In this document: positions 1 to 9,950 of the stretch, one piece after another | How the letters are laid out: every line of letters begins with the position of its first letter | Numbering within the stretch: position 1 is the first letter of the stretch | Assembly (NCBI GenBank): GCA_038882975.1 | Contig: JAVZNE010000004.1 | Location: 37,127 to 101,126, forward strand | Direction: 5' to 3' | Origin: Candidatus Bathyarchaeia archaeon | GTDB lineage: Archaea; Thermoproteota; Bathyarchaeia; Bathyarchaeales; Bathycorpusculaceae | Length of the DNA: 64,000 nt | Notes under the pieces: generated by a model | The model's input: the letters and a program-made list of their open reading frames with translations, nothing else | Databases searched by the model: none | What the model was told of the DNA's origin: nothing | Position numbers and translations under genes: made by a program

Positions 1-3
1 AAT

Positions 4-570
4 ATGCTCGGAATCATAACTGCAACCGCCTTTTCCATAGGCTTTGTAATGATAGACATCGTGGATACTGCGCTTTGGGGTTTAAGCGGAGCCCCAGCTA
101 TAATGATAGGGCAAAGCCTAGGTGCAGAAAACCCAAAAAGAGCCAGAGAAGTAGCCTTCAAGTCAACCATCCTCATTTTCGCCCTAATGATGATAAGTGC
201 CGCCATAATATACCCAATTAGAAGAAACTTTGTAGACATCTTCGCAAACGACCCCAACATAATAAATGAGACAGACCTTTTCCTCAAAATAATGCTGCCC
301 ACGCTCCCATTCTTCGGACTTTTCGCCGTAGCCCTATCCGTCGGGAGAGGCTCTGGACACACAACATTTCCAACAAGCTTAGGAATGATGAGACTTTGGG
401 GGATGAGAATAGCTGCAGGCTATTTCATGGCCTTCATTCTCGGCATGGGCTCTATAGGCGTGTGGCTAGCCATAGCAATAAGCAACATCATAGGCGGAAT
501 AATAGCCATACTATGGATAAAATATGGGAACTGGGCAAAGGCGGTCATAAAGCAAGAAAATGGTGGATAA
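4..570 (+). CDS. MATE family efflux transporter, C-terminal part (truncated by window edge)
   Basis: Multi-TM; 'IMIGQSLGAENPKRARE', 'GRGSGHT', 'MGSIGVWLAIAISN' are MATE C-lobe motifs. Confidence 0.85.
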   Translation: MLGIITATAFSIGFVMIDIVDTALWGLSGAPAIMIGQSLGAENPKRAREVAFKSTILIFALMMISAAIIYPIRRNFVDIFANDPNIINETDLFLKIMLPTLPFFGLFAVALSVGRGSGHTTFPTSLGMMRLWGMRIAAGYFMAFILGMGSIGVWLAIAISNIIGGIIAILWIKYGNWAKAVIKQENGG

Positions 571-577
571 TTGGAGT

Positions 578-1252
578 TTAAACTTTGAAAGTTAACATAC
601 CATCTTTTAAGGTGTAGATTTCGTCAGCTGCGTCAACAATTTTTTCATCATGAGTTGCAACAATAACCGCTGTTTTCCTTTCCTTGTTCACGTCCAACAG
701 TAGGTTTATTATCTCTTTTGCGGTTTTAGAGTCCAGTTCGCCTGTAGGCTCATCTGCAATTATAATTTCTGGATTGTTTGCCAAAGCTCTAGCTATGGCC
801 ACGCGTTGCATTTCACCCATGCTTAGCTCTTTTGGTCTGTGGTGAATTCTTTTGCCTAAACCCACAGCTTCAAGGAGTTTTAGGGCGTTTTCCCGCTGCT
901 CCCTTTGACTTTTCCCAGCTAAAGCCATTGGAAGCTCAACATTTTCTAGAGCTGTCAAGGTTGGCAGCAAATTAAAAGTCTGAAAGACAAAACCCATCCT
1001 CAAAAGCCTCACCTTCCTACGTTTCACATTTGTCCAATATGAGATGTCTTCACCGTCTATGAAGATTTTGCCGCCTGTGGGCTTATCATTTAATCCTATA
1101 AGGTTTAGGAGGGTGGATTTCCCAGAACCCGAAGGTCCGGTTATTGCTATAAACTTCGCCTCGCCGATTTCAAGGTTAACGTTGTTGACGGCGATTACCT
1201 TTGAACCGCCAGCATAAAAAATTCGTGTTAGGTTAACGGTTTTGATTTCCAT
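578..1252 (-). CDS. ABC transporter ATP-binding protein, LolD/MacB-like
   Basis: Walker A GPSGSGKS, signature LSMGEMQRVAIARAL, IIADEPTGELD, ATHD. Confidence 0.95.
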   Translation of the reverse strand: MEIKTVNLTRIFYAGGSKVIAVNNVNLEIGEAKFIAITGPSGSGKSTLLNLIGLNDKPTGGKIFIDGEDISYWTNVKRRKVRLLRMGFVFQTFNLLPTLTALENVELPMALAGKSQREQRENALKLLEAVGLGKRIHHRPKELSMGEMQRVAIARALANNPEIIIADEPTGELDSKTAKEIINLLLDVNKERKTAVIVATHDEKIVDAADEIYTLKDGMLTFKV

Positions 1253-2442
1253 TAGTACTCAGCCCTTAAGACTTCGGCTATTCGCATTTTTGCAGCGTTT
1301 ACTGCCGGGAGAACTCCGCCGAGGCAGCAGACTGCAACAACCGTCACAAAGATTTGAATCATGTAGGCGGGCGTGACTATGTCAAAAAGTCCTGGAAGGA
1401 AAAGGTGTATCGGGATGTTTGTGTATAGACTTGCTAATACAACAGCTGCTATGGAACCAAGCGTTATCCCAAAGATTCCGCCCAAAACGCCTATTATGGC
1501 TGCTTCAAAAATTACTATGCGGAAAATGTAGCTTATCGGTGCGCCTAAAGCATCTAGAGTTGCAAAGTCTCGTCGTCTTTCTGAAACGCTCATGAGGTTT
1601 ACTGTCATGACGAGTATGAGGCTCATAATAAAGACAATGGATTGTATGCCGATGTTCCAGCTTTCAATTTGGGCGAAGATTGGTTGAACTACATCGTTCC
1701 TCTCATCCTCTGTTAAGGCTTTAACAGAATCCTTATAATCTACATGATTTTCAATGGCTGCCGCGAGGTCTTTCGGCTCACAGTTCTTAACAGGTTTTAT
1801 TAAAATTATGTTAGCTTTGCCTTGGTAATCGTAGATTTTTTGAGCAAGTTTCAGGGACATGACCAAAAAGCGATCTAAAACGGCTGATTTCGTGTCTAAA
1901 ACTCCAACAACTGTTACGTTGTGTCCGCCAATCTGTAGCATGTTCCCAACAGCAAAATTATATTGTTTTGCTAGGGAACCGCCTATAACCACCTCATTGC
2001 ATGTGTCATTTGCTGGGAGGCGCCCACCGCTTTTCAGCATTATGGGTCCAAGAACACTTTGCCACTTGTCAATTGGTATGCCAAGACTAAAGTTTTCAGG
2101 CACCGGGAGAAGGGTGTTTCCAAAATAAATTGAAGGCGTAACTAATAGGGCTGGAACCGCATCTTCAACTTCTGAAAAACTTTCCTTTAATTCTACAGCT
2201 AACCTTTCAGGAAGCATGCCTCGGGTTATCGGTATTGCTTGAATCACTATCGCTCCTTTGGTTACAACCATAATTTGTCCGCTGAAAAGCACATTCATAC
2301 TCTTGATTACGGTTATGTAACGCGTTGTGGTGGCGCCAACCGCAATAACAAATGCTGTTGCCAAGGCTACACCTAAAATACAAAGGATCGTTCTAAGCTT
2401 TCTTCGAAACAAGTTACGGAAACAAAACGTTAGCAATCTCAT
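1252..2442 (-). CDS. ABC transporter permease, FtsX/MacB family (start re-called at ATG 2442)
   Basis: N-term RNLFRRKLRTILCILGVA, SVSERRRDFATLDALGA, C-term AEVLRAE; shares one base with the ATPase start. Confidence 0.9.
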   Translation of the reverse strand: MRLLTFCFRNLFRRKLRTILCILGVALATAFVIAVGATTTRYITVIKSMNVLFSGQIMVVTKGAIVIQAIPITRGMLPERLAVELKESFSEVEDAVPALLVTPSIYFGNTLLPVPENFSLGIPIDKWQSVLGPIMLKSGGRLPANDTCNEVVIGGSLAKQYNFAVGNMLQIGGHNVTVVGVLDTKSAVLDRFLVMSLKLAQKIYDYQGKANIILIKPVKNCEPKDLAAAIENHVDYKDSVKALTEDERNDVVQPIFAQIESWNIGIQSIVFIMSLILVMTVNLMSVSERRRDFATLDALGAPISYIFRIVIFEAAIIGVLGGIFGITLGSIAAVVLASLYTNIPIHLFLPGLFDIVTPAYMIQIFVTVVAVCCLGGVLPAVNAAKMRIAEVLRAEY

Positions 2443-2522
2443 TTCAAAACTACTATAGCTGTTAAAATATTTATAAAACATTATACACAACATAACATCG
2501 TTTACGTTAAGGAGATATCGAA

Positions 2523-5500
2523 ATGAAAGGAAAAATATGTATTTTAACTGCTGCGATTCTTCTGCTTTTGTCGGTAACAGTCTCGCCATTGTGGATTAAT
2601 AGGACGGCAAAAGCAAGCGACGGTGCCGTATTAACTGGAAATGTATATGATTATGGCTTGGACACGGATGGAGATGGACTATACAATTATTTGGTTGCAA
2701 AACTGGAAGTAAACGTGGCTACCGCTGGAACTTATACTCTCCAAGTAAGCGGACTTGGTGATGAATATCAATATGTATGGATTGGTGTTTCCAACACAAC
2801 TTATCTCAACACGGGATCACAAAACATAAGCGTGAGATTCCTCGGTGCAGTTATACAACAATCGAAGATTAACGTGACAAAACTTGTTAATATACAACTT
2901 TACGACAAAAATTATCACTGGTGGGATTATCGCCAAGAACTAAGTCTATCAAAAACTTACAAATATTCGGAGTTTGATGAACCAGGAGCAAAATTCACAA
3001 ACGTAATCTACGATAATGGTGTGGACACTGATGGTGATGGACTTTTCAATTACCTCAACATAAGTATTAAGCTTAATGTTACAGAATTTGGGATATACGA
3101 AGTTTCTATCAAAGGGTTGTATAACGCCACTTACAATTACGTCAATGTATACGGTAATACACAAGCACTTTTATCTCCAGGAACACGTTATTTAAATGTA
3201 TTCCTCGAAGGATGGATAATTCACGGATCTCGCGTAACAAACATTGTAATGATAGATCAGTTAAGTCTCCGTGTTGTAGATGAATTAACATCTATACCAT
3301 ATGAAATTGACTCGATGTGGTATTTCCCGCTAAGCAAAACATACAATTATACGGATTTTGAGTATCTTGCAAGGCTAACTGGAAGAGTAATCGATAATGG
3401 TGTGGACACTGATGGTGATGGATTCTTCAATTACCTCAACATAAGCTTTGAAATTGATGTCGCAGAAAGCGGATTATATCAAGTTAATGTTGGGTATTTG
3501 ACTAATGCATCCTCCTACTACGTAGACGTATACAGCACCGCAAGAGCAGTTTTAGCAACAGGAACATGTTACGTAAGCGTTTCAATTTATGGACCAAGAA
3601 TTTATGCCTCTCATGTGACCAACATCACAATGATTGATTGGATACAACTCCTTTGGATAGACGAATCAACTTACAGCTATACAATTGACTACAGAAAATT
3701 TATTCCATTAAGTCGAGCATATAATTATACGGATTTTGATTATTCTGCAAGGTTCACGGGAAAAATATTAGACGAAGGTGTTGACACTGACGGCAATGAA
3801 TTATTTAACTATCTAAGAGTTGGAATTGAAGTTGAAGTTGAGAAGGAAAGCGATTATGTTATCTATGCTCATGGGCTGTCCGAAAATGGAAGAAACTTAT
3901 ACGTTTACCAAAGCACTTGGACCCACTTTGACGTTGGCACTCACACTGTTTACTTTGAATATTATGGCCCTATGTTCGCCCACTACCATTTTAGCCCTAA
4001 AAGTCTCAGCGGAATATATCTTTATGAAGCTAGCATTTGGGCACTTTTAGATCGAATTGATTTAGCTCCGCTTTCAAGAAAGTACAATTACACACTTTTC
4101 GACGCCCCTTCAGAAGACATGCAAGTTAATTTTACAGTCTATCCCAATGGCACAATAGCTCTTGACGGCTTGTTCAGTTATACGCATATGTATCCACAAA
4201 ACACTGGCCCATTGATAAATGCTTCAATAAACCTTTCAACAGCTGGAAGAACTACAATAGGCTTCCTATCCGGAGCTTTACTCCTGCCAACGGATGACAT
4301 GTTCCAGTGGCCCTTCAACTCCACAACTGCGCTCTTTAAATCAAAGATTCAGAACGGCCTATCAAACACAACACTAGCTCTTACAATGTTAATGCCACCC
4401 GCTGCCGGTGGAACCTACCCCTTCAATTCAAGCAATTTCAGGTTGACATGCGGCTACAGCAATGGTATGCTCAACTTTAACGTTTGGGGAGATACAAGAC
4501 TGCCAGCCTCATTAGGGTCGATGTTTCCATTCAACGCCACAGACATAACGGTAAAGGCAGACTTTGAAGATGGAGAATTCGCTGGAAACATAACGTTTTA
4601 CCTTATACCTTTTATTCCGGGCTTTTTGGATATCGTAGTGGACTTCGATGGAAATAGAACCGAATTGCGACTAACAGACCACATAAACATCACTTATGGC
4701 AACTATCCGCCACTAATAGGAAAGATAAACTCCACAATCCTTGAAGGCCTTCTCGTCCATTTAAACAGCACGCTTCCAGGACCAAATGGCTTGATTGCCA
4801 ACATGACAGATGGCCTACTCATATGCACACAATTAAACACAACCAAAACAGAGTGGCCGGACGGCAACGGTGCAGAAATTAGGTATAATGTCACTTTGCA
4901 TGGAAACTTCACGATGCTTTTTGCAAAACTTCTAAACCAGATGATATTTGGAGGCAACCCCCAGTCGGAACAGTTTGCATACGCCATATTAGACTCGGTC
5001 TTTTCATCCGTTGAAACCGCCTCTTTAACGTTAGACTACTATCACACGCTAAAAAGAGCTACGATAGACATGGCTGTTTTATGCAACGTTGCAGAACTGT
5101 GGGGAAACATGCTGGAGAAGGTGCCTCCAACAGTTCCACCAGAATACAGGACGCAGATTACAGCATACCTTAAAATCCTAAATGCCACAGCCTACGCCAT
5201 CAAAGACTTCCGTTTGGATACACAGTACTTCAGCGACACACAAAAGTTGACACTAAACGCTTTGTTGTTAATAAACAGCACCCAACTGGAGGGCGACATG
5301 ACCACGCTGCTGCCAGAAACAGTGCCTAATGAGCAGTTACGCCAAATATTTGAGGAATACTTGAGTGTTAAATACTGCAATTTGACAATGTACGATGCCA
5401 TAATAAACTACACAAATGGAAAAACAGACTTTGCCGCCATGTGGACCCTTGAGGGCGACTTCAAAGCCGAGCTAAACCACATAAAACGTTTCTACATAGA

Positions 5501-6374
5501 TTACTGGAACGCCACCAACCCGTGGTATATGCCATGGCAACTACGCCTGCTAAACGAGACAATAATTGACGCGAGCAACTTTTCAGCTGAGATTAGATTG
5601 GGCGAGGACTGGATGCTTCTAAGATTCAATGGCTTAATTCTCCAACCGCCAACAGACGTGGTTGACAATGTAAGGTTCAAACTGTACAGGTTCTTCAACA
5701 TGACAAGCTACGACCCATACGAGCCGCCGAGAGAATTCCAAAAACTGAAAATAACAATAACAGGTGCCTTCAATGGAACCCGCACAATCTTGTTATATGC
5801 GCCGGACACCATGCCGCAACCAGATTCGACCTCAACAGACTTCAAGACAATGGTGTGGGAAAACGTTTCAATAAGCAGCCTAAAAGATTTGGAGTTCCGC
5901 ATAGCTTACCAGCAAGTAGTAAACTACATTGGAACCCATAATGTCATAATCTTCACAAACTCCACAATGAGCAACTTCAACTTCAACCCAAACCTCCCAG
6001 GCATAAGCTTCAACGTCACCGGCGCCACGGGAACAGGCTTCTGCCAAGTGGCAATTCCAAGGACGCTTCTCTACGCAAGCCCCGCAGAATGGACTGTAAA
6101 AATTGATGGCCAACCATTAAACCCAAGCGAGTACACGGTAACAGAAAATGACGACTACGTCTTCATAACTCTAAACTATACCCACTCGAGCCACCGAATC
6201 GAAATAGTTGGAACATGGGTGGTGTCAGAATTTAGCCCAAACATTCTCCCAATTGTATTCGCCATAATAGGGCTAATTGCCGCAATATTCGCATTCCAGC
6301 AAAGAAAAAACATAGGTAAAATAAAAATGAAATGTCAAAACATAACAAGAATTTTGTTTAAAAATTCCCTATAG
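2523..6374 (+). CDS. Large secreted, membrane-anchored surface glycoprotein with four N-terminal DxGxDTDG(D/N)xLxNYL repeats and a PEF-CTERM-like tail
   Basis: Signal peptide; four ~125-aa repeats; many N-x-S/T sequons; VVSEF + TM helix + basic tail. Confidence 0.8.
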   Translation: MKGKICILTAAILLLLSVTVSPLWINRTAKASDGAVLTGNVYDYGLDTDGDGLYNYLVAKLEVNVATAGTYTLQVSGLGDEYQYVWIGVSNTTYLNTGSQNISVRFLGAVIQQSKINVTKLVNIQLYDKNYHWWDYRQELSLSKTYKYSEFDEPGAKFTNVIYDNGVDTDGDGLFNYLNISIKLNVTEFGIYEVSIKGLYNATYNYVNVYGNTQALLSPGTRYLNVFLEGWIIHGSRVTNIVMIDQLSLRVVDELTSIPYEIDSMWYFPLSKTYNYTDFEYLARLTGRVIDNGVDTDGDGFFNYLNISFEIDVAESGLYQVNVGYLTNASSYYVDVYSTARAVLATGTCYVSVSIYGPRIYASHVTNITMIDWIQLLWIDESTYSYTIDYRKFIPLSRAYNYTDFDYSARFTGKILDEGVDTDGNELFNYLRVGIEVEVEKESDYVIYAHGLSENGRNLYVYQSTWTHFDVGTHTVYFEYYGPMFAHYHFSPKSLSGIYLYEASIWALLDRIDLAPLSRKYNYTLFDAPSEDMQVNFTVYPNGTIALDGLFSYTHMYPQNTGPLINASINLSTAGRTTIGFLSGALLLPTDDMFQWPFNSTTALFKSKIQNGLSNTTLALTMLMPPAAGGTYPFNSSNFRLTCGYSNGMLNFNVWGDTRLPASLGSMFPFNATDITVKADFEDGEFAGNITFYLIPFIPGFLDIVVDFDGNRTELRLTDHINITYGNYPPLIGKINSTILEGLLVHLNSTLPGPNGLIANMTDGLLICTQLNTTKTEWPDGNGAEIRYNVTLHGNFTMLFAKLLNQMIFGGNPQSEQFAYAILDSVFSSVETASLTLDYYHTLKRATIDMAVLCNVAELWGNMLEKVPPTVPPEYRTQITAYLKILNATAYAIKDFRLDTQYFSDTQKLTLNALLLINSTQLEGDMTTLLPETVPNEQLRQIFEEYLSVKYCNLTMYDAIINYTNGKTDFAAMWTLEGDFKAELNHIKRFYIDYWNATNPWYMPWQLRLLNETIIDASNFSAEIRLGEDWMLLRFNGLILQPPTDVVDNVRFKLYRFFNMTSYDPYEPPREFQKLKITITGAFNGTRTILLYAPDTMPQPDSTSTDFKTMVWENVSISSLKDLEFRIAYQQVVNYIGTHNVIIFTNSTMSNFNFNPNLPGISFNVTGATGTGFCQVAIPRTLLYASPAEWTVKIDGQPLNPSEYTVTENDDYVFITLNYTHSSHRIEIVGTWVVSEFSPNILPIVFAIIGLIAAIFAFQQRKNIGKIKMKCQNITRILFKNSL
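3011..3445 (+). repeat. Near-identical ~54-nt direct repeat within the surface protein gene (copies at ~3011 and ~3392)
   Basis: cgataatggtgtggacactgatggtgatgga(ctt/ttc)ttcaattacctcaacataag occurs twice. Confidence 0.9.
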
Positions 6375-6435
6375 CTCCCAACCTCCTTTCTTTAAGTTAT
6401 AACCAATTTATTGAAAGTCGAGATTCGCCCAATAG

Positions 6436-6508
6436 AGCCGGGGGTGGGAGTTGAACCCACATATAGCTGCTCTGCAGGCAGCCGCCTGAACCGTTCGGCC
6501 ACCCCGGC
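6436..6508 (-). tRNA. tRNA-Cys(GCA), intronless, no encoded CCA
   Basis: Acceptor GCCGGGG/CCCCGGC, anticodon arm GCTGC-CTGCAGA-GCAGC, T arm GTGGG-TTCAACT-CCCAC, U73. Confidence 0.95.
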
Positions 6509-6551
6509 ACGCTTTCAAATAGAGTTTTGTCTGGTGGGTGTAATAAAGGTT

Positions 6552-7598
6552 TTATTGGTTTAATCCTATTTTTTGGGCTATTTCTCTGTAGATTTTTTGG
6601 GCTGCTTCTTCGTTGTCTATGTTTTTTATTAGCATGCGTCCACTGTTAAACAGTGTTATTTCGTAGTTTTTGTATGTAAAGGCTATTGCCATTGAGGATT
6701 TTACGCGTACTTTGAAGTTTTGCTTTATTTTTGTATGGATGGCTTCAAGGTTTAGTTTTGCTGGTTTTTCTGGGTTTATGTTGACTGTGTTTCTTCCGCA
6801 AAGCCAGACAAGCTTTTCCCTTGGTTTTTGGGTTGCTATTTCGCCCCGGCATGCTGGACAGTTTTCCCTCTTGTATATGTCTATTGTGGTGAAGTACATG
6901 TCGCTGAAGTCGCATATCATAAGCTTGCCCTTTAACAGTGTGCCTACTCCGGCTAGAAGCTTTATTGTTTCCACGGCTTCCATTGTTCCAATAATTCCGG
7001 GAGTCGCGCCTAAAACTCCCCTAACATCGCATGTTAGCAAGCTGCTATCTTCAAGGTTTGGCAAAACACATTCCAAACATGGAGTTTCAGGCGGAGCGAA
7101 AACGGATAGGTTGCCTTCTACTCCTATAGCGGCCCCAAAAATGTAGGGGATTTTAAGCTTTATGCAAGTACGATTAACAAGGTAGCGTGTGCGCATGTTA
7201 TCCAAACCGTCAACAACGCAGTCAACATCCTCTAGTAGTTTTTCGGCGTTGTCCACGTTTAAGTTCTCTGGAACCGCCTCAACCTTAACGAAGGGATTCA
7301 TCCCCATAAGCCTCTTTGCTGAAACCTCGGCTTTTGGATAGCGCAAATCTTGTGGCGTGTATAAGACTTGTCTGTGAAGATTGTGCAGTTCCACAGTGTC
7401 TTGGTCTATTAGGCGTAGGTAGCCAACACCCGCAAGCGTCAAATAAAGTGATGCCACTGTGCCAAGTCCGCCGAGTCCGACAACCGCAACCCTCGCCTTT
7501 GCAAGCTTCTCTTGTCCTTGGCGTCCAAGCTCTTTCATAACGAGTTGGCGTCTGTAAAATTCTTCATATGATATGCGTGGTCTTCGTGCTTTTGACAT
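6552..7598 (-). CDS. ThiF/MoeB/E1-like adenylyltransferase
   Basis: GLGGLG, DQDTVELHNLHRQ, CxxC pairs (CLEC, CPAC), catalytic-type TCDVRG, C-terminal LCGRNTV domain. Confidence 0.9.
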   Translation of the reverse strand: MSKARRPRISYEEFYRRQLVMKELGRQGQEKLAKARVAVVGLGGLGTVASLYLTLAGVGYLRLIDQDTVELHNLHRQVLYTPQDLRYPKAEVSAKRLMGMNPFVKVEAVPENLNVDNAEKLLEDVDCVVDGLDNMRTRYLVNRTCIKLKIPYIFGAAIGVEGNLSVFAPPETPCLECVLPNLEDSSLLTCDVRGVLGATPGIIGTMEAVETIKLLAGVGTLLKGKLMICDFSDMYFTTIDIYKRENCPACRGEIATQKPREKLVWLCGRNTVNINPEKPAKLNLEAIHTKIKQNFKVRVKSSMAIAFTYKNYEITLFNSGRMLIKNIDNEEAAQKIYREIAQKIGLNQ

Positions 7599-7629
7599 TT
7601 CAAATCTTCCTTATATGGGGTTAAGCATA

Positions 7630-9333
7630 TTAAATGCTGTCCCGCCGCCTTATATTACCCTTTTTCAAAAACTGTTTTTGGTAAATTTCCCTAACCCTCT
7701 GTATGGTGTCGGCCTCATCGGGAGTTTTGTCGTTCCTTATGCGGGTTATCCGCGCAAACCGCAGTGCCATGCCGCACTTGTATTTTGGACTTTTCTGAAC
7801 TTCATTGTAGGCTACCTCAACAACAATCTTTGGGGTGACATAGACTCTGCGGTACTCCTCTTTTATTGCTAGCTCTTTTAGGCGTCTCGTCATCTCGATG
7901 ATTTCGGAATCCGTTAACCCCTTGAAAGTTTTACCAATAACCAAAAATTCGCCAGTTTCAGCGTCACGAGCCGCCAGATAATAGTCTGAAAGCCATTCAC
8001 GTCTCCGCCCATAACCGTACTCTGCGGCAACGATAACCAAGTCTAATGGTTCAAGGATTGGCTTTATCTTCAACCAGTGTTTTCCACGGATTCCAGGTGC
8101 ATATTCGCTGTTCAGTCTTTTAGCTATAAGCCCCTCATGTCCGCAGTCAACGGCCTCCCTAAGGAAACGTTCGGCTTCTTCAACAATATCGGTAATTATT
8201 TGTTTTGTTAGCGGTATACCGCCAGCATTTTCCGCCAAAATTTGTCTCCGCTGAAGATAGGGCAATGTGATTAAGCTTTCACCATTTAGATATAGGATGT
8301 CAAAGAGGTAAAGCCTAACTGGGATTGTTTCAGCCACATCTTCTATTTCATGAACCCTCTTAAACCTCCGCATAAGATGCTGAAAAGGAATCGGGTGCCC
8401 TTTATTATCTATGGCTATTACCTCGCCCTCCATAATGGCTTCACGGGCTTTAACCTCCTTTTTTACAATGTCGGCTATTTCTGGCAAACTTTGGGTGACG
8501 TCTGTTAATCTACGGCTGAAAATTTGCACGTCATCGCCGCACTTATGAATTTGAACCCTAGCACCGTCAAGTTTATGCTCAAAGGCTGTTCGTCCACCAT
8601 GCTCTTTTAAAGCTTCAGCCACGTCATTAGCCATTTGAGCCAGCATAAGCTTAACAGGCCTAAAAACTTGAAAGCTAATTTTTGAAAGCGCTTCTCTCCC
8701 TTTAGTTTTAATTAACGCCGCCACAGTGCTGATATCCCCAAGCACCATTCCCGCCTTTTTAACGGCTTCAAGTGGTATCTGAAAAGCCTTTGAAACTGCT
8801 TGCTCCATCAATCCTTCATAGAAGCCCGTTCGCATTTCACCAATTAATATTTTAACCAGATATTTCGCTTCAAGCGGAGAAGCCAAACTAAGCAAAGCCT
8901 CGATTAAGCGTTCCTTTTTCTCCCTGGAACCATATCCAACGGTTTCCGCTATAGCCTCAAAACTGCGCCTAACTTCCAGTATCGTTAAAGGCCTTTCAAA
9001 AAGCACTGCTTGCCGCCTAACCTTGCAGCTTTCAAAAACAATTTTCGCAGCTGAACCCACGTCTCCGGTTTGGTTAAAGGCTTCTAGAAAAATTTTCCAC
9101 TCAACTCCAGTAATACGCCTAATAATGTCGCTTAGAGTAGCCCAACTTACGTCAAGAGTTTGCTGACTCCACTTTGGAAATGGTCTCCCCAAAATCATCG
9201 AGATCGCTGGCTCAACCTCACTTGGCTCAAGGCCTTTTAAGAAATCTGCTACAAGGTTTACAGCTGGAACACGCCTACTCATACCCTCCAGTTTCTCACA
9301 TAACTCTGCCAAAGCCTTAAACAATGTAGGCAT
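7630..9333 (-). CDS. lig: ATP-dependent DNA ligase
   Basis: Motif I EHKLDGAR, EGLIAK, WLKIK, LRFARITRIRNDK. Confidence 0.95.
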   Translation of the reverse strand: MPTLFKALAELCEKLEGMSRRVPAVNLVADFLKGLEPSEVEPAISMILGRPFPKWSQQTLDVSWATLSDIIRRITGVEWKIFLEAFNQTGDVGSAAKIVFESCKVRRQAVLFERPLTILEVRRSFEAIAETVGYGSREKKERLIEALLSLASPLEAKYLVKILIGEMRTGFYEGLMEQAVSKAFQIPLEAVKKAGMVLGDISTVAALIKTKGREALSKISFQVFRPVKLMLAQMANDVAEALKEHGGRTAFEHKLDGARVQIHKCGDDVQIFSRRLTDVTQSLPEIADIVKKEVKAREAIMEGEVIAIDNKGHPIPFQHLMRRFKRVHEIEDVAETIPVRLYLFDILYLNGESLITLPYLQRRQILAENAGGIPLTKQIITDIVEEAERFLREAVDCGHEGLIAKRLNSEYAPGIRGKHWLKIKPILEPLDLVIVAAEYGYGRRREWLSDYYLAARDAETGEFLVIGKTFKGLTDSEIIEMTRRLKELAIKEEYRRVYVTPKIVVEVAYNEVQKSPKYKCGMALRFARITRIRNDKTPDEADTIQRVREIYQKQFLKKGNIRRRDSI

Positions 9334-9430
9334 AACAACACACTTTAATTCCGCCATGCTAAAATGACGCAGCAGAAATTAAAATTGTTTATTTCAACAC
9401 AATTGGAATAAAAAGGGGGATGCAACGCTT

Positions 9431-9805
9431 TTAGAAAGACTCTTCAAGCTTTGCTTTAACCTCTTTAATCTTTTTCTCGGTCTCCGAAACCTTCTCATTT
9501 TCTTCCAGAGCCCTATAGCAGTCTCTTGCATACTCTAAGGCGCTGACACCAAATCTGTCAAAGCCCTTTTGGAAGGAGAGCTCAGCAGACTTTAGAAAAT
9601 ACTCCACAGCGCCAGCATAATCCTTCAACATGAAAGCACACTCGCCAGCCTTAAAAAGCGCATATGTAGCGTCGAAAAAGTTGTTCTTCCCCTTGTAAAG
9701 CTCAGAAGCCTTCAGAAACTTCTCTTTTGCCTCCTCATACTTACCAATCTCGTAAAGTGTATTCCCATCTTTGTGCAATTTAACAGGGTCTTCCTCTTCC
9801 GCCAT
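9431..9805 (-). CDS. TPR/SNAP-like helical repeat protein
   Basis: GNTLYEIGKYEEAKEKFLKA and similar TPR-like helices. Confidence 0.7.
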   Translation of the reverse strand: MAEEEDPVKLHKDGNTLYEIGKYEEAKEKFLKASELYKGKNNFFDATYALFKAGECAFMLKDYAGAVEYFLKSAELSFQKGFDRFGVSALEYARDCYRALEENEKVSETEKKIKEVKAKLEESF

Positions 9806-9950
9806 GACTACCAACCCATAACTTGCTATACCAGACTACAAACATAAATTTAGGTTTTCCTTAATGGAGTCCTTTGAAACATTTTAACTGTTAGGGTTAA
9901 ATAGGCGTAATGTTAAAACGCTCACACTATAAGGGCAAGGCGAGGTTAGC

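Noticed and set aside
2443-2589. ORF-track N-terminal extension of the ABC permease (similar over-extensions for L34e, L14, S8, thiolase, HAD, rsmH, DUF2085)
   Set aside because: Extensions overlap neighbouring genes or promoters; family-typical N-termini begin at the downstream starts used here
2523-4100. CRISPR array or DGR template/variable repeat pair
   Set aside because: Repeats are in-frame protein domain repeats ~380 nt apart; no spacer pattern, cas genes, reverse transcriptase or adenine-specific mismatches
6552-7598. Ubiquitin-like/SAMP conjugation or RiPP system around the E1-like gene
   Set aside because: No adjacent Gly-Gly-ending ubiquitin-like protein, JAB protease or precursor peptide found
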